Below, piece after piece: positions 9,937 to 19,010 of a stretch of DNA of 64,000 bases (position 1 is its first letter; each line of letters opens with the position of its first letter). Origin of the DNA: an uncultured Gemmatimonadales bacterium (GTDB lineage Bacteria; Gemmatimonadota; Gemmatimonadetes; Longimicrobiales; RSA9); NCBI GenBank assembly GCA_963708135.1, contig OY970192.1, positions 2,272,001 to 2,336,000 on the forward strand, written 5' to 3'. The notes beneath the pieces were generated by a model, which was given only the letters and a program-made list of their open reading frames with translations, searched no databases and was not told where the DNA came from. A program made the position numbers and the translations under genes.

Positions 9937-9952
9937 GAAGAAAACCCCCGGG

Positions 9953-10549
9953 CTAGAGAAACCCGAGGGTCCGCTCGCGAATCCGCCGCGCGACCAGAAG
10001 CGCGGCGACGATCTTCAGACCGTCGCCGACGAGGAACGGCAAGACGCCCAGCTCCAGCGCGCGCCCGAACCCGCCCACGTAGAACGACAGCTGCGCCGCG
10101 CCGCCCAGCAGGATGAGCGCCGTCGCGGCGAACAGCGCCGCCGCCGCGCGAATGGTGGCGGCGGACCCGGGCGCCGCGACACGCGGGCCCAGCATCCCGG
10201 CCAGCCACGCGGCGGCCGGGTAGGCGATGAGATAGCCGCCCGTCGGCCCCAGCACGTGCGCGAGCCCCGAGCCGCCGGCGAAGAACACCGGCGCGCCTAG
10301 CAGCCCGATGCCCAGGTACGCCGCCTGCGCCGCCGCCCCGAGCGCCGGCCCCAGGACGAGCCCGCCGAGGATCACGAACAGCGTCTGCAGCGTGACCGGC
10401 ACCGCCGTGAAGGGCAGCGGCACGGCCGCGTACGCGCCCAGCGTCGTCAGCACGACGAACACTGCCACGGCCAGCGCCCGCCGCGCGGTCCGGCTCCCCA
10501 CCAGCTCGAGCGTCGCGACGCGACGCACCCGGAGCCTCATCGCGTCCAT
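9953..10549 (-). CDS. bioY: Biotin transporter S-component BioY
   Basis: PVTLQT, Y...GL.G.PVF, GPTGGYL, PFL.GD..K motifs; start at ATG 10549 just after the thiolase stop. Confidence 0.9.
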   Translation of the reverse strand: MDAMRLRVRRVATLELVGSRTARRALAVAVFVVLTTLGAYAAVPLPFTAVPVTLQTLFVILGGLVLGPALGAAAQAAYLGIGLLGAPVFFAGGSGLAHVLGPTGGYLIAYPAAAWLAGMLGPRVAAPGSAATIRAAAALFAATALILLGGAAQLSFYVGGFGRALELGVLPFLVGDGLKIVAALLVARRIRERTLGFL

Positions 10550-10550
10550 G

Positions 10551-11762
10551 TCACACCCTTTCCACGGAGAGCGCCACCGCGTCCCCGCCGCCAAGGCACA
10601 GCGTGGCCAGCCCCGTGCGGGCCCCGCGGTTCTTCATGGCGTAAAGCAGCGTGACGAGCACCCGCGTGCCCGATGCGCCGATCGGGTGGCCGAGCGCGAC
10701 GGCGCCGCCGTTCACGTTCACCCGGTCCCAGTCCCAGCCCAGCTCCCTGCCGTCCGCCAGCGCCTGCACCGCGAACGCCTCGTTGGCCTCGATCAGGTCG
10801 TAGTCCCCGATCGACCTGCCCTCCTTCTCCATCACCCGGCGCACGGCCCGGACCGGCGCGAAGAAGAGCTCCTGCGGCCGCGTCGCACCCGTCGAGTACG
10901 CGTTGATCCGCGCCAGGATCGGCAGCCCATGCGCCTCCGCGTACTCCTGGCTCGCAACCACCACCGCCGCCGCGCCGTCGTTGAGCCCGGGCGCGTTCCC
11001 CGCCGTCACCACGGGGTTCACGACCTCCGGCGGCTTGTCCTTCGCGAACGCCGGCGGGAGCTTGGCCAGCGCCTCGAGCGTCGTCTCCCGGCGCGGCGCC
11101 TCGTCCTTCTCCACCACGGTCGTCCCCTTCCGCGACTTCACCTCCACCGCCACGATCTCCTCCGCGAAGCGGCCCTCGTCCATGGCGGCGATCGCCTTGC
11201 GGTGCGACGCCAGCGAGAACTCGTCCGCCGCCTCCCGGGTGATCCCCGCCTTCCATGCCGTGTACTCCGCGTGCCCGCCCATGTGGCAGTCGTGGAAGCC
11301 GCACCACAGGCCGTCCTCGATCAGCCCGTCCACCAGCTCCTGGTTGCCGAACTTCACCCCCTGCCGCATCCCCTTCACGTAGTACGGCGCGTTCGACATC
11401 GATTCCATGCCGCCCGCTACGATCACGCGAGCGTCCCCCGCCTTGATCGCCTGCGCACCGAGCATCACCGCCATGAGGCCGGAGCCGCATACCCGGCTCA
11501 CGCCCATGGCGCCCACCGTGTCCGGCACCCCGCCACCCAGCGCCGCCTGCCGCGCCGGCGCCTGACCGAGCCCCGCCGAGACGACGTTGCCCACGATCAC
11601 GTCATCGAGGTCCGACGGATCGATCCCGGACCGCTCCAGCGCGGCGCGGATCGCAACAGCCCCGAGCTGTGGCGCCGAAAGCGTCGCCAGCCCGCCGAGA
11701 AACCTGCCGATCGGCGTACGCGCGCCGCCGACCAGCACCGGGACGAGACGCGGGTCAGCCAT
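10551..11762 (-). CDS. Acetyl-CoA acetyltransferase (thiolase)
   Basis: AAGGAG SD 6 nt before ATG 11762. RTPIG, CGSG (catalytic Cys), [35 protein letters not shown]. Confidence 0.95.
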   Translation of the reverse strand: MADPRLVPVLVGGARTPIGRFLGGLATLSAPQLGAVAIRAALERSGIDPSDLDDVIVGNVVSAGLGQAPARQAALGGGVPDTVGAMGVSRVCGSGLMAVMLGAQAIKAGDARVIVAGGMESMSNAPYYVKGMRQGVKFGNQELVDGLIEDGLWCGFHDCHMGGHAEYTAWKAGITREAADEFSLASHRKAIAAMDEGRFAEEIVAVEVKSRKGTTVVEKDEAPRRETTLEALAKLPPAFAKDKPPEVVNPVVTAGNAPGLNDGAAAVVVASQEYAEAHGLPILARINAYSTGATRPQELFFAPVRAVRRVMEKEGRSIGDYDLIEANEAFAVQALADGRELGWDWDRVNVNGGAVALGHPIGASGTRVLVTLLYAMKNRGARTGLATLCLGGGDAVALSVERV

Positions 11763-11833
11763 ATGCATCTCCTTTCGCCATAACCGGTTCTGTGCCAAGG
11801 CACCCGCCACTCGCGAACTGCCATGGCTCTGCC

Positions 11834-11885
11834 ATTATAGGCGGCCCCACCGCCTGGGGCCAGAGCGGGTCGAACGCTCGTTCGA
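11834..11885 (-). promoter_or_regulatory. Promoter region of thiolase operon: perfect -10 TATAAT plus two palindromes
   Basis: TATAAT at 11839-11834 (minus); GGCCCCA-N5-TGGGGCC at 11843-11861; TCGAACGCTCGTTCGA at 11870-11885. The -35 is weak (TGGCCC). Confidence 0.6.
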
Positions 11886-11909
11886 GCGCCGCGACCCCGC
11901 CCGTTCCGC

Positions 11910-12443
11910 TCACCGCCCCAGCAGCGACGGCGACCCGCCCGCGCCGACCGCATCCGCCGACAGGACCACCAGCTGCCCCGCCATGAACGGCAGGTGCGCC
12001 GGCACGTTGCACGTGAACGGATAGATGCCGGGAGAGGACGCCACCCAGGTCGTGTCCACCCGCGCTCCCCCCGGCAGCGGCACGTAAAGGTCCGGCAGCA
12101 CGAAGGAGTGCACGTCGTCCTCCGGGTTCACCAGCGTGAGCCGCAACGTGTCCCCTGCCACCACCGTGATCGTCGAGGGCGAGAAGGCGTAGACCTCCTT
12201 GCCCGCCAGCACGCCGGTCGCCGAGAAGTCCTGCTTCAGGAAGGGATAGACCTTCTGCATCTCCTTCGTGAGGAGCGGCACGGTCGTCACGGTGATCTGC
12301 CGTGTCCGCGGCGTGTAGCGCCCCGCCACGGCCCTCTCACGCGGCGGATTCCGCCGCACGCGGCACCCCGCCGCTAGCACGCTCGCCGCGAGCAGCACGG
12401 CCCAGCCCAACGTCCACCTTTTCATGCCCGTCGGTGCGCCCAT
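11910..12443 (-). CDS. Cupredoxin-domain lipoprotein (type-1 copper site)
   Basis: Lipobox-like LAAGC; F.PS.I.V..GD; His (DDVHSF) and C..H...M cluster (FTCNVPAHLPFMAG). Start could be 12443 or 12425. Confidence 0.82.
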   Translation of the reverse strand: MGAPTGMKRWTLGWAVLLAASVLAAGCRVRRNPPRERAVAGRYTPRTRQITVTTVPLLTKEMQKVYPFLKQDFSATGVLAGKEVYAFSPSTITVVAGDTLRLTLVNPEDDVHSFVLPDLYVPLPGGARVDTTWVASSPGIYPFTCNVPAHLPFMAGQLVVLSADAVGAGGSPSLLGR

Positions 12444-13348
12444 CACCCCTCCTCTTCCAGCAGCCGCGGCCGCTCCGGTGACTGCGGATCGAGCCGTCCC
12501 CACGGCACGACCGGATCGTGCTCGAAGACGAGGAGCCATCCCTCCTCGCGGGCGCGCGGCAGCAGGGCCCGCTTGGCCTCGAGGGTCACGAGTGGCTCGA
12601 CGTCGTAGCCCATGATCCAGGGCAGCGGCAGGTGCGCGGAGGTGGGGATCACGTCGGCCAGGAAGAGGGCCGTCTCGTCCTCGGACCGGATCCGGAGCGA
12701 CTGGTGGTGGGGCGTGTGTCCCGGCGTGTGCACCGCGTGGATGCCGGGGACGATCTCGCCCTCGCCCTCGAGCAGGGTGAGGCGGCCCGCCGCGACGACG
12801 GGCTCGAAGTTGTGCGGAAGGTAGCTGGCCTGGACGCGTTCGTTCTTCGTGCGCGCGAACTCGAGCTCGCCGCGCTGGGCGAAGTAGCGGGCGTGCGGGA
12901 ACGAGAGCCGGACCTGCCCCTCCTCGTCCACGTGGGTGTTGCCGCCGGCGTGGTCGAAGTGGAGGTGACTGGCGATCACGACGTCCACGTCCTCGGGTGA
13001 GAAGCCGGCGTCGCGGAGCGCATCCTCCAGGCGGGTCGGGCCGGGGTCCGCGCCGGCGTTCTCCACGCCGTAAATCTCCATGAACCTGGGGCCCTCCTTG
13101 TTGCCCAGCCCGGTGTCGATCAGCACCAGGGCATCGGGCGTCTCGACCAGCAGGCAGCGCATGGCGAGCGGGATGCGGTTGCGCGTGTCGGCGGGGATCC
13201 GCTTCTCCCAGAGCGGCTTCGGGACGACCCCGAACATCGCGCCGCCGTCCAGGCGCTGCAGCCCCGCCTCGAGGGCGTGGATGCGCAGCGCCCCGAGCCG
13301 GCGGCTGCGCCGCAGCGGCAGGGGCGTCACTGCGGCGGGATCTCCCAT
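12443..13348 (-). CDS. Metallo-beta-lactamase-fold hydrolase (YtnP-like)
   Basis: LDGGAMFGVVPKPLW, IDTG, SHLHFDHAGG (HxHxDH), GHTPHH, W.MGYD, FEHDP. Confidence 0.9.
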   Translation of the reverse strand: MGDPAAVTPLPLRRSRRLGALRIHALEAGLQRLDGGAMFGVVPKPLWEKRIPADTRNRIPLAMRCLLVETPDALVLIDTGLGNKEGPRFMEIYGVENAGADPGPTRLEDALRDAGFSPEDVDVVIASHLHFDHAGGNTHVDEEGQVRLSFPHARYFAQRGELEFARTKNERVQASYLPHNFEPVVAAGRLTLLEGEGEIVPGIHAVHTPGHTPHHQSLRIRSEDETALFLADVIPTSAHLPLPWIMGYDVEPLVTLEAKRALLPRAREEGWLLVFEHDPVVPWGRLDPQSPERPRLLEEEG

Positions 13349-14016
13349 GGCTCCATGGATGTCGGCATGGCCGTCCGCTTCCTCCGCGTGCGGGGCTTCG
13401 GCCGGCTCAAGAGCGCCTGCAGGTCGGCCCAGGAGGCGACCTCCTGCTCGTGCGCCCGCTCGATGAGGAGCGCCAGCAGCTCCGCCGTCACGCGTGCGTC
13501 GCCCCAGGCGCGGTGGCGCGCCTCGTTCAGCAGGCCGAAGTGCTGGCTCAGCGCATCGAGTGAGCGGCGGCGCAGCTCCGGCACCAGCCGGCGCGCGAGC
13601 CGCAGCGTGCAGAGCACGCGCATCTCCTCGGCGCGGGCCCCGGCCCGCTCGACCTCCATGGCGACGAACCCACGGTCGAAGGATGCGTTGTGCGCCACGA
13701 AGATCCGGTCGGCCAGCAGGCGTCGCACGTCGTGCGCGATGTCGCGGAAGCGCGGCGCCTCGCGTACCATGGCGGTCGTGATGCCGGTGAGTCGCGTGAC
13801 GAAGCTGGGGATCGGGCGCTCCGGGTTCACCAGCGTGGCGAACTCCTCGAGCACGCGGCCGGTGCCATCCACGCGCACGGCCGCGAACTCGGTCACCCTG
13901 TGGCCCCGGCCCGGAGAGCCGCCCGTTGTCTCGACATCCACGACCACGTACTCCAGCGAGCGGAGCAGCGCCGGGCGCTCGGGCCCGGCGAACACCCGCC
14001 AGAGCGGCCCGCTCAC
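13327..14016 (-). CDS. DEDDh 3'-5' exonuclease (DnaQ/Pol III epsilon-like)
   Basis: GTG 14016 overlaps arcA stop (GTGA). ExoI VVDVETTG, ExoII VAHNASFD, ExoIII HRAWGDA. Confidence 0.88.
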   Translation of the reverse strand: MSGPLWRVFAGPERPALLRSLEYVVVDVETTGGSPGRGHRVTEFAAVRVDGTGRVLEEFATLVNPERPIPSFVTRLTGITTAMVREAPRFRDIAHDVRRLLADRIFVAHNASFDRGFVAMEVERAGARAEEMRVLCTLRLARRLVPELRRRSLDALSQHFGLLNEARHRAWGDARVTAELLALLIERAHEQEVASWADLQALLSRPKPRTRRKRTAMPTSMEPWEIPPQ

Positions 14017-15257
14017 CAGACGTCCTGCCGGCGCAGCGGCATGCTCATGCACCGGCTGCCGCCCCCGCCCCGCACCAGCTCGGAGCCCTCGAAGAGGATC
14101 GCCGCCTTCTCGTCCTCCCCGATGTCGGCCTCGCCCGTCAGGAAGTCGATGGCATCGATCAGCGTGTAACCCGCCTCGCGCTCCAGCTCCTCGTACGTGC
14201 GCTCGTTGCGCGAGTAGCCCAGGATCACCCCCGGCCGCACCGCCACGAAGTTGCAGCCGCTCGACCACTGCTCCCGCTCCTGGTGGGTACGCCGCGAGCC
14301 GCCGCAGAAGACCGGCTCGAGCGGCAGCCCCACCTCCCGCAGCCCCGCGAACAGGTTCGGCATCTCCCGCATGCCCCGGCGCCCCGCATGGTAGTGCAGA
14401 ACGGGGCTGCGCGTCGGGCCCACGAAGCTGGGCGGGAACACCACGCAGTGCTCCCGATCGACCATGGTGAAGATCATGTCCAGGTGGATCATCGCCCGGT
14501 CCCTCGGCAGCACCACCACCAGGATGTCGCGCACGCCAGCCTGCTCCACCAGGTTCTCCGCGATCACGTCGAACGCGCCCGGGCTCGAGCGCTCCGACAG
14601 TCCGATCAGCGCCAGGTCCGGCCGCAGCACGTGGACATCTCCCCCCTCCAGCGTGTAGCCCGTCCGCCGCTCCTCGCTGCCGTCGTAGATGAGCCCCGCG
14701 TTCCGCAGCCACGGATGGTACGTGAACAGCGTCTTCATCAGGATCTCTTCGGTCCAGCGCACGGTGTAGCGCATGGAGCCGATGATCACCCCGTCCCCCA
14801 CCACCATGCCGGCATCCCGCGTGAAGAAAAGGTTCGGCAGCGGCGGAAGCTCGTAGCTCTCCACGTTCAGCAGCCGCTGCAGCACCCCCTCCTCCATCTC
14901 CCGACCCTCGATGATCGCGCCCGCCAGCTCGCTCGACGACAGCTCCAGCATCCGCCGCCCCAGCGGCTCCGAGCGCGCCACGTCCATCACCCGCTCCACC
15001 AGGAAAGGACGCACCTCCGGCTGCTGCAGCACCTCCTCCAGCAGCTCGCGGACCTCGTACACCTCCGCGAACCGCGACAGGATCGCCTTGAAGCGGTGAT
15101 GCTCCCGTCGCGCCTGATCCAGCCCGATGATGTCGTCGTAGAGGAAGTCCTCGCGCGTCGCCGGCGTGACCGCCAGCAGCTCCGGTCCCGGCGAGTGGCA
15201 CAGCACCGCGTCCAGCACGCCGATCTCCGACGTCACGTGCACCCGCTGCTCGTTCAT
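14013..15257 (-). CDS. arcA: Arginine deiminase
   Basis: ATG 15257 overlaps rex stop (ATGA). SEIG.L..V..H.PG.E, L.DDI, PLPNL.FTRD, EGGDV, HLD..FT.VD, GSEL.RG.GG..CMSMPL.R. Confidence 0.93.
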   Translation of the reverse strand: MNEQRVHVTSEIGVLDAVLCHSPGPELLAVTPATREDFLYDDIIGLDQARREHHRFKAILSRFAEVYEVRELLEEVLQQPEVRPFLVERVMDVARSEPLGRRMLELSSSELAGAIIEGREMEEGVLQRLLNVESYELPPLPNLFFTRDAGMVVGDGVIIGSMRYTVRWTEEILMKTLFTYHPWLRNAGLIYDGSEERRTGYTLEGGDVHVLRPDLALIGLSERSSPGAFDVIAENLVEQAGVRDILVVVLPRDRAMIHLDMIFTMVDREHCVVFPPSFVGPTRSPVLHYHAGRRGMREMPNLFAGLREVGLPLEPVFCGGSRRTHQEREQWSSGCNFVAVRPGVILGYSRNERTYEELEREAGYTLIDAIDFLTGEADIGEDEKAAILFEGSELVRGGGGSRCMSMPLRRQDVW

Positions 15258-15934
15258 CGCGCCCGCCCGTTGCCGCCCCCGCGCCGCGCACCCCCCCGCC
15301 GGCTCCCCGCCGGACGACTGTTCGCGAGCGCGTACGAGAGCCCCTCCATCTCCACCGCCATGTTCACATTCTTCACCGCCACGTCCGGCGGCACCACCAG
15401 CTTCGTCGGCGCGAAGTTCAGGATCCCACGCACCCCTCCCGCCACGACCCGGTCCACCACCTGCTGCGCCACCTCCGCCGGCACCGCCACGATCGCGATG
15501 TCGAAGCCCTCCCGCGCCAGCGCGGTCTCCATCTCCGCGTCCGGCCTGACCTCCAGGCCGTGCCACCGCTGCCCCACCTTGCGCGGGTCCGCGTCGAATA
15601 CCGCCTCGATCTCGAAGCCCCGCCGCCGCAGATCCCGGTAGCCCACCAGCGCACCGCCGATCTTGCCCGCCCCCACCAGCACCACCCGCCAGCGACGCGA
15701 CAGCCCCAGGATCGACCGCAGCGCCTCCCGCAGCTCCGGCACGGAGTACCCCAGCCCCCGCTTCCCGAACGTGCCGAAAAACGACAGATCCTTCCGCACC
15801 TGCGCGGCGGTCGTGCCCCCCCGCCTCGCCAGCTCATCGCTCGACACCGTGCCCGCCCCCTCCTCCTCCACATCCCCCAGCAGCCGCAGGTACAGCGACA
15901 GACGCCCGACGGTGGACTCCGATACCTTCTTCAT
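15254..15934 (-). CDS. rex: Redox-sensing transcriptional repressor Rex
   Basis: Start ATG 15934 (MKKVSESTVGRLSLYLR). VSS.ELA, AQVRKDLSFFG.FGKRG.GY.V, Rossmann VGAGKIG, GILNFAP. Confidence 0.96.
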   Translation of the reverse strand: MKKVSESTVGRLSLYLRLLGDVEEEGAGTVSSDELARRGGTTAAQVRKDLSFFGTFGKRGLGYSVPELREALRSILGLSRRWRVVLVGAGKIGGALVGYRDLRRRGFEIEAVFDADPRKVGQRWHGLEVRPDAEMETALAREGFDIAIVAVPAEVAQQVVDRVVAGGVRGILNFAPTKLVVPPDVAVKNVNMAVEMEGLSYALANSRPAGSRRGGARRGGGNGRAR

Positions 15935-15960
15935 CGCGGAAACGCTCGACTCGCGGACCA

Positions 15961-15978
15961 TTGTGAAACCATTCACAA
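15961..15978. promoter_or_regulatory. Rex operator
   Basis: TTGTGAA-ACCA-TTCACAA, an exact match to the established TTGTGAA-N4-TTCACAA Rex box, 26 nt upstream of the rex start. Confidence 0.92.
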
Positions 15979-15980
15979 AC

Positions 15981-16009
15981 AAGCTACCCGCCCCGCACGC
16001 AAGCGTCAA
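15981..16009 (-). promoter_or_regulatory. Sigma70-type promoter of rex operon
   Basis: TTGACG (16009-16004)-N17-TAGCTT (15986-15981); the predicted start site falls inside the Rex box. Confidence 0.8.
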
Positions 16010-16842
16010 TTCGGGAGTGGGGCAACCTCGATGTGGAGCGTCGTGCCGGCGCCGTCGCGCTCGACCGAGATGCGGCCGCCGAGCGAGCGCGCCACGCGGG
16101 CGGCCATGGCCAGCCGGAGCGAGGCGCCGCTGTCGAGTGGCCCGCGGGCCCGCGCCTGCAGGGCGACGTCATCGCGGCCGGGCTCGAGCGCGGAGCCGCG
16201 GATCTCCGCGGCGAAGCCGTCGCCATCCGCGCGCACCCGGAGGTCCAGCGCGCGGCCGGGGGAGGCGCGCACGGCCGCGCCGAGGGCGAGGTCGAGCAGG
16301 GCGGTGAAGCGAGGCCGGTCGGTGCGCAGGTCGCCTAGATCGGCCGGGAGCTCGGCCTGCAGAGTGGCGCGGCGGCCCTCGGCCATGGCCCGGAGGCTCT
16401 CGACGGTGGCGGCGATGACGGGACCGAGCGAGACGTCCTCGGGCTCGAGGCCGGGGTCGGCATCCGGCGGGATGAGCATCTCGTGCAGTCCGTCGAGCAG
16501 GTGGCGCATCTGCTCGGCGGCCCCGCCGATGCGGTGCACGGCCTCGGCGGCGCGTCCCTCGATCGGGCCGAGCAGCCCGTCCTCGAGCAGCTCGTGGTAT
16601 CCGATGATGGCGGCGAGCGGCGTCCGGAGCTCGTGGGCGAGGAGCCGGAGCGGCTCGGAAGGGTGGAGCGCGTGCTCGGCTCCGTCCGCCGGTGCCGCGG
16701 AGCCGGGGCCGGGCGGCGCGGGCGGCGGGGCTGCGGTCGCCTGCCGCTCTCGCGGCGTCCCGCGGCGGCGGCGCGAGCCTGCCAGAGCGATGACCGCGCC
16801 CGCGGCGAGGCCGATGGCGACGGCGAGCCCGACGGCGCTCAC
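16006..16842 (-). CDS. Membrane-anchored HisKA-domain protein with degenerate HATPase domain
   Basis: GTG 16842 overlaps MFS stop. One N-terminal TM helix; H-box LAHELRTPLAAIIGY; N, G1 and G2 boxes not recognisable. Confidence 0.75.
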   Translation of the reverse strand: MSAVGLAVAIGLAAGAVIALAGSRRRRGTPRERQATAAPPPAPPGPGSAAPADGAEHALHPSEPLRLLAHELRTPLAAIIGYHELLEDGLLGPIEGRAAEAVHRIGGAAEQMRHLLDGLHEMLIPPDADPGLEPEDVSLGPVIAATVESLRAMAEGRRATLQAELPADLGDLRTDRPRFTALLDLALGAAVRASPGRALDLRVRADGDGFAAEIRGSALEPGRDDVALQARARGPLDSGASLRLAMAARVARSLGGRISVERDGAGTTLHIEVAPLPN

Positions 16843-18164
16843 GCGGCGGCCTCGGCCGGCAGCCGCTCCTCGGGCGGCCAGTCGCGCGGGGCGTCGGAGA
16901 CGGAGCGCAGGATCAGAAAGCTGGCGATGACGCCGCCGAGGAGCGTGAGCACGGCCGCCGGCCGGCCGAGCCCGAGCACGTCCACGACGAATCCCCAGAT
17001 GAACGGCCCTGTGACGGCGGAGAAGCGGCCGACCATGCCGTAGAGCCCGTAGAACTCGCCGACCCGGGCCGGCGGCGTGAGGCGCAACATGTAGGGGCGG
17101 TCCGCGGTCCAGGTGCCGCCGAGAGCGATGCCGGCCAGGCAGGCGGCCGGCCAGAAGACGGCGCCCGGGAGGTGGAAGAACCCGACGGCGGCGACCCAGA
17201 CGAAGACGACGAACCAGAGCACGAGCACCGTTTCGAGCGTGCGCTTCGGGCCGATCCGGTCCACGATCCTGCCCCAGCCGAACGCGCCGACGGCGGCGAA
17301 GCTGATGGCGGTGAGCAGGACGAAGGAGACCTGCTTGGCCGTGAAGCCGACCTCGTTGGTGACGTAGACGCCCATGAAGGCGATGACGGTGTTGACCGCA
17401 TTGGTGTAGAAGGCGCGGCCGACGAGGAAGCGCAGCAGCCCGGGGTAGCGGCCGCTGGCCTTGATGGTCCCCACGACCTGTCTCAGGGCGGCGCCGACCG
17501 AGGACAGGCGGAAGCGCCGGGCGCGCCGCACGCGCTCGCGCACGAAGAAGAAGCATGGCAGGGCGAAGGCGAGGAACAACACGGCGGTGACCCGGAAGAC
17601 GGTCTCGTAGCGCTCGGTTTGCACGGCGTGCGGCATTCCCTCGACGCCCTTGAGGAGGACCGTGCCGACGGCGACGCCGATGAAGGAGCCGACGTAGCCC
17701 ATGCCGATGCCGACGCCGCCCACGATCCCGCGGTTCTCCTCCACGCTCACGTCGGGGAGCAGCGCGTCGTAGAACTGGAGGCCGGCCTGATAGGCCACGT
17801 TGGCGATCGCGAAGAAGACGAGCGAGGGGACGAGCCCGCCCACGCCCAGGAACAGCGTGAACGCCACGCAGATGAGGGTGGACGCCACCAGGAACGGCAT
17901 GCGCCGCGACGCCTGGTCCGTGAGCGCGCCGAGGAGCGGCGCGCTCACGAAGATGACGGCCATCGAGATGCTTGTCGTGAACGCGTAGTCGGCATCCCGC
18001 CCCCCCATCACGTTGACCACCCAGATGGAGAAGTAGAGCGACACGATGTTCATGGAGAAGATCGTGTTGGCCAGGTCGTAGAGGACCCAGCTGCCGACGG
18101 AGAGCCGGCCCGGCCGCGTGGCCGCCCGGACCCCCTCCGTCGCGTCGGTGCTCACCGTGCTCAT
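16839..18164 (-). CDS. MFS transporter (ATG22/UMF1-like)
   Basis: SW.LYD.AN..F, P.LGA..D, FYDALL, G.G.GY.G, GE..G.Y...GR.S...GP; about 12 hydrophobic segments. Confidence 0.85.
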   Translation of the reverse strand: MSTVSTDATEGVRAATRPGRLSVGSWVLYDLANTIFSMNIVSLYFSIWVVNVMGGRDADYAFTTSISMAVIFVSAPLLGALTDQASRRMPFLVASTLICVAFTLFLGVGGLVPSLVFFAIANVAYQAGLQFYDALLPDVSVEENRGIVGGVGIGMGYVGSFIGVAVGTVLLKGVEGMPHAVQTERYETVFRVTAVLFLAFALPCFFFVRERVRRARRFRLSSVGAALRQVVGTIKASGRYPGLLRFLVGRAFYTNAVNTVIAFMGVYVTNEVGFTAKQVSFVLLTAISFAAVGAFGWGRIVDRIGPKRTLETVLVLWFVVFVWVAAVGFFHLPGAVFWPAACLAGIALGGTWTADRPYMLRLTPPARVGEFYGLYGMVGRFSAVTGPFIWGFVVDVLGLGRPAAVLTLLGGVIASFLILRSVSDAPRDWPPEERLPAEAAA

Positions 18165-19009
18165 GCGGCTCCGTGGCCCGGGATCTCCTCGGTGTCGCGG
18201 CGCGGAAGCCCCTCCGCGCGCAGCGCTCCGGCCAGCGCGGCGAGGCGCTCGGGCGCGAGCGTCTCCGGCCGCGCCTCCAGCTCCAGCCCCGTGGCCGCCT
18301 GCACCCGCCCGAGCGCCGCGGCGTCCAGCCCGTATTCGGGCGAGCTGCGCAGCGTCTTCTGGAGCTGCTTGCGCCGCCAGCCGAACGCGACCCGGGCCAG
18401 CGTGCGCAGATCGCGCTCCTCCGCCGGGCTCGTGCGCGGCGGCGCGTGCGGCACGATCCGCAGCACCGTGGAGTCCACGTCCGGAACCGGCCGGAACGCC
18501 GCGCGCCCGATCGTGAAGAGCAGCTCCACGTCCGCCACGCTGCGCACGCCGACCGAGAGCGCGCCGTAGGTGCGGCCCCCGGGCGGCGCGGCGATCCGCT
18601 CCGCCACCTCCTTCTGCACCATCAGCACGAGGACCGCGGGACGCGGCCGCTCCAGCAGGTGGAACAGCAGCGGCGTCGTGATGTTGTAGGGCACGTTCCC
18701 GATGACGCGCAACCCGGCGACGTCCTCGAAGGCGGATTCCGGGCGGAAGCGCAGGATGTCCGCGTGCACGACCTCCACGCCCGGCACGCCGCCCAGCTCG
18801 GCCTCGAGCGCCGCCGCGAGCGCGTCATCCAGCTCGACCGCCACCAGCCGGCCGACGCTGCCCGCCAGGTGGCGCGTGAGCGCCCCCCGCCCGGGGCCGA
18901 CCTCGAGCACCGCGTCCCCGGCGCCCGCCCCGAGCGCCGCCACGATCTTGCGCTGCAGGTTCGGGTCGACCAGGAAGTTCTGGCCGAGCGACCGCTTGGG
19001 CCGGGCCAC
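18161..19009 (-). CDS. rsmA: 16S rRNA m6,2A dimethyltransferase KsgA
   Basis: GTG 19009. KRSLGQNFL, LEVGPG.GALT, GNVPYNITTP, MVQKEVAER, F.P.P.VDS, RRK.L. Confidence 0.95.
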   Translation of the reverse strand: MARPKRSLGQNFLVDPNLQRKIVAALGAGAGDAVLEVGPGRGALTRHLAGSVGRLVAVELDDALAAALEAELGGVPGVEVVHADILRFRPESAFEDVAGLRVIGNVPYNITTPLLFHLLERPRPAVLVLMVQKEVAERIAAPPGGRTYGALSVGVRSVADVELLFTIGRAAFRPVPDVDSTVLRIVPHAPPRTSPAEERDLRTLARVAFGWRRKQLQKTLRSSPEYGLDAAALGRVQAATGLELEARPETLAPERLAALAGALRAEGLPRRDTEEIPGHGAA

Positions 19010-19010
19010 G

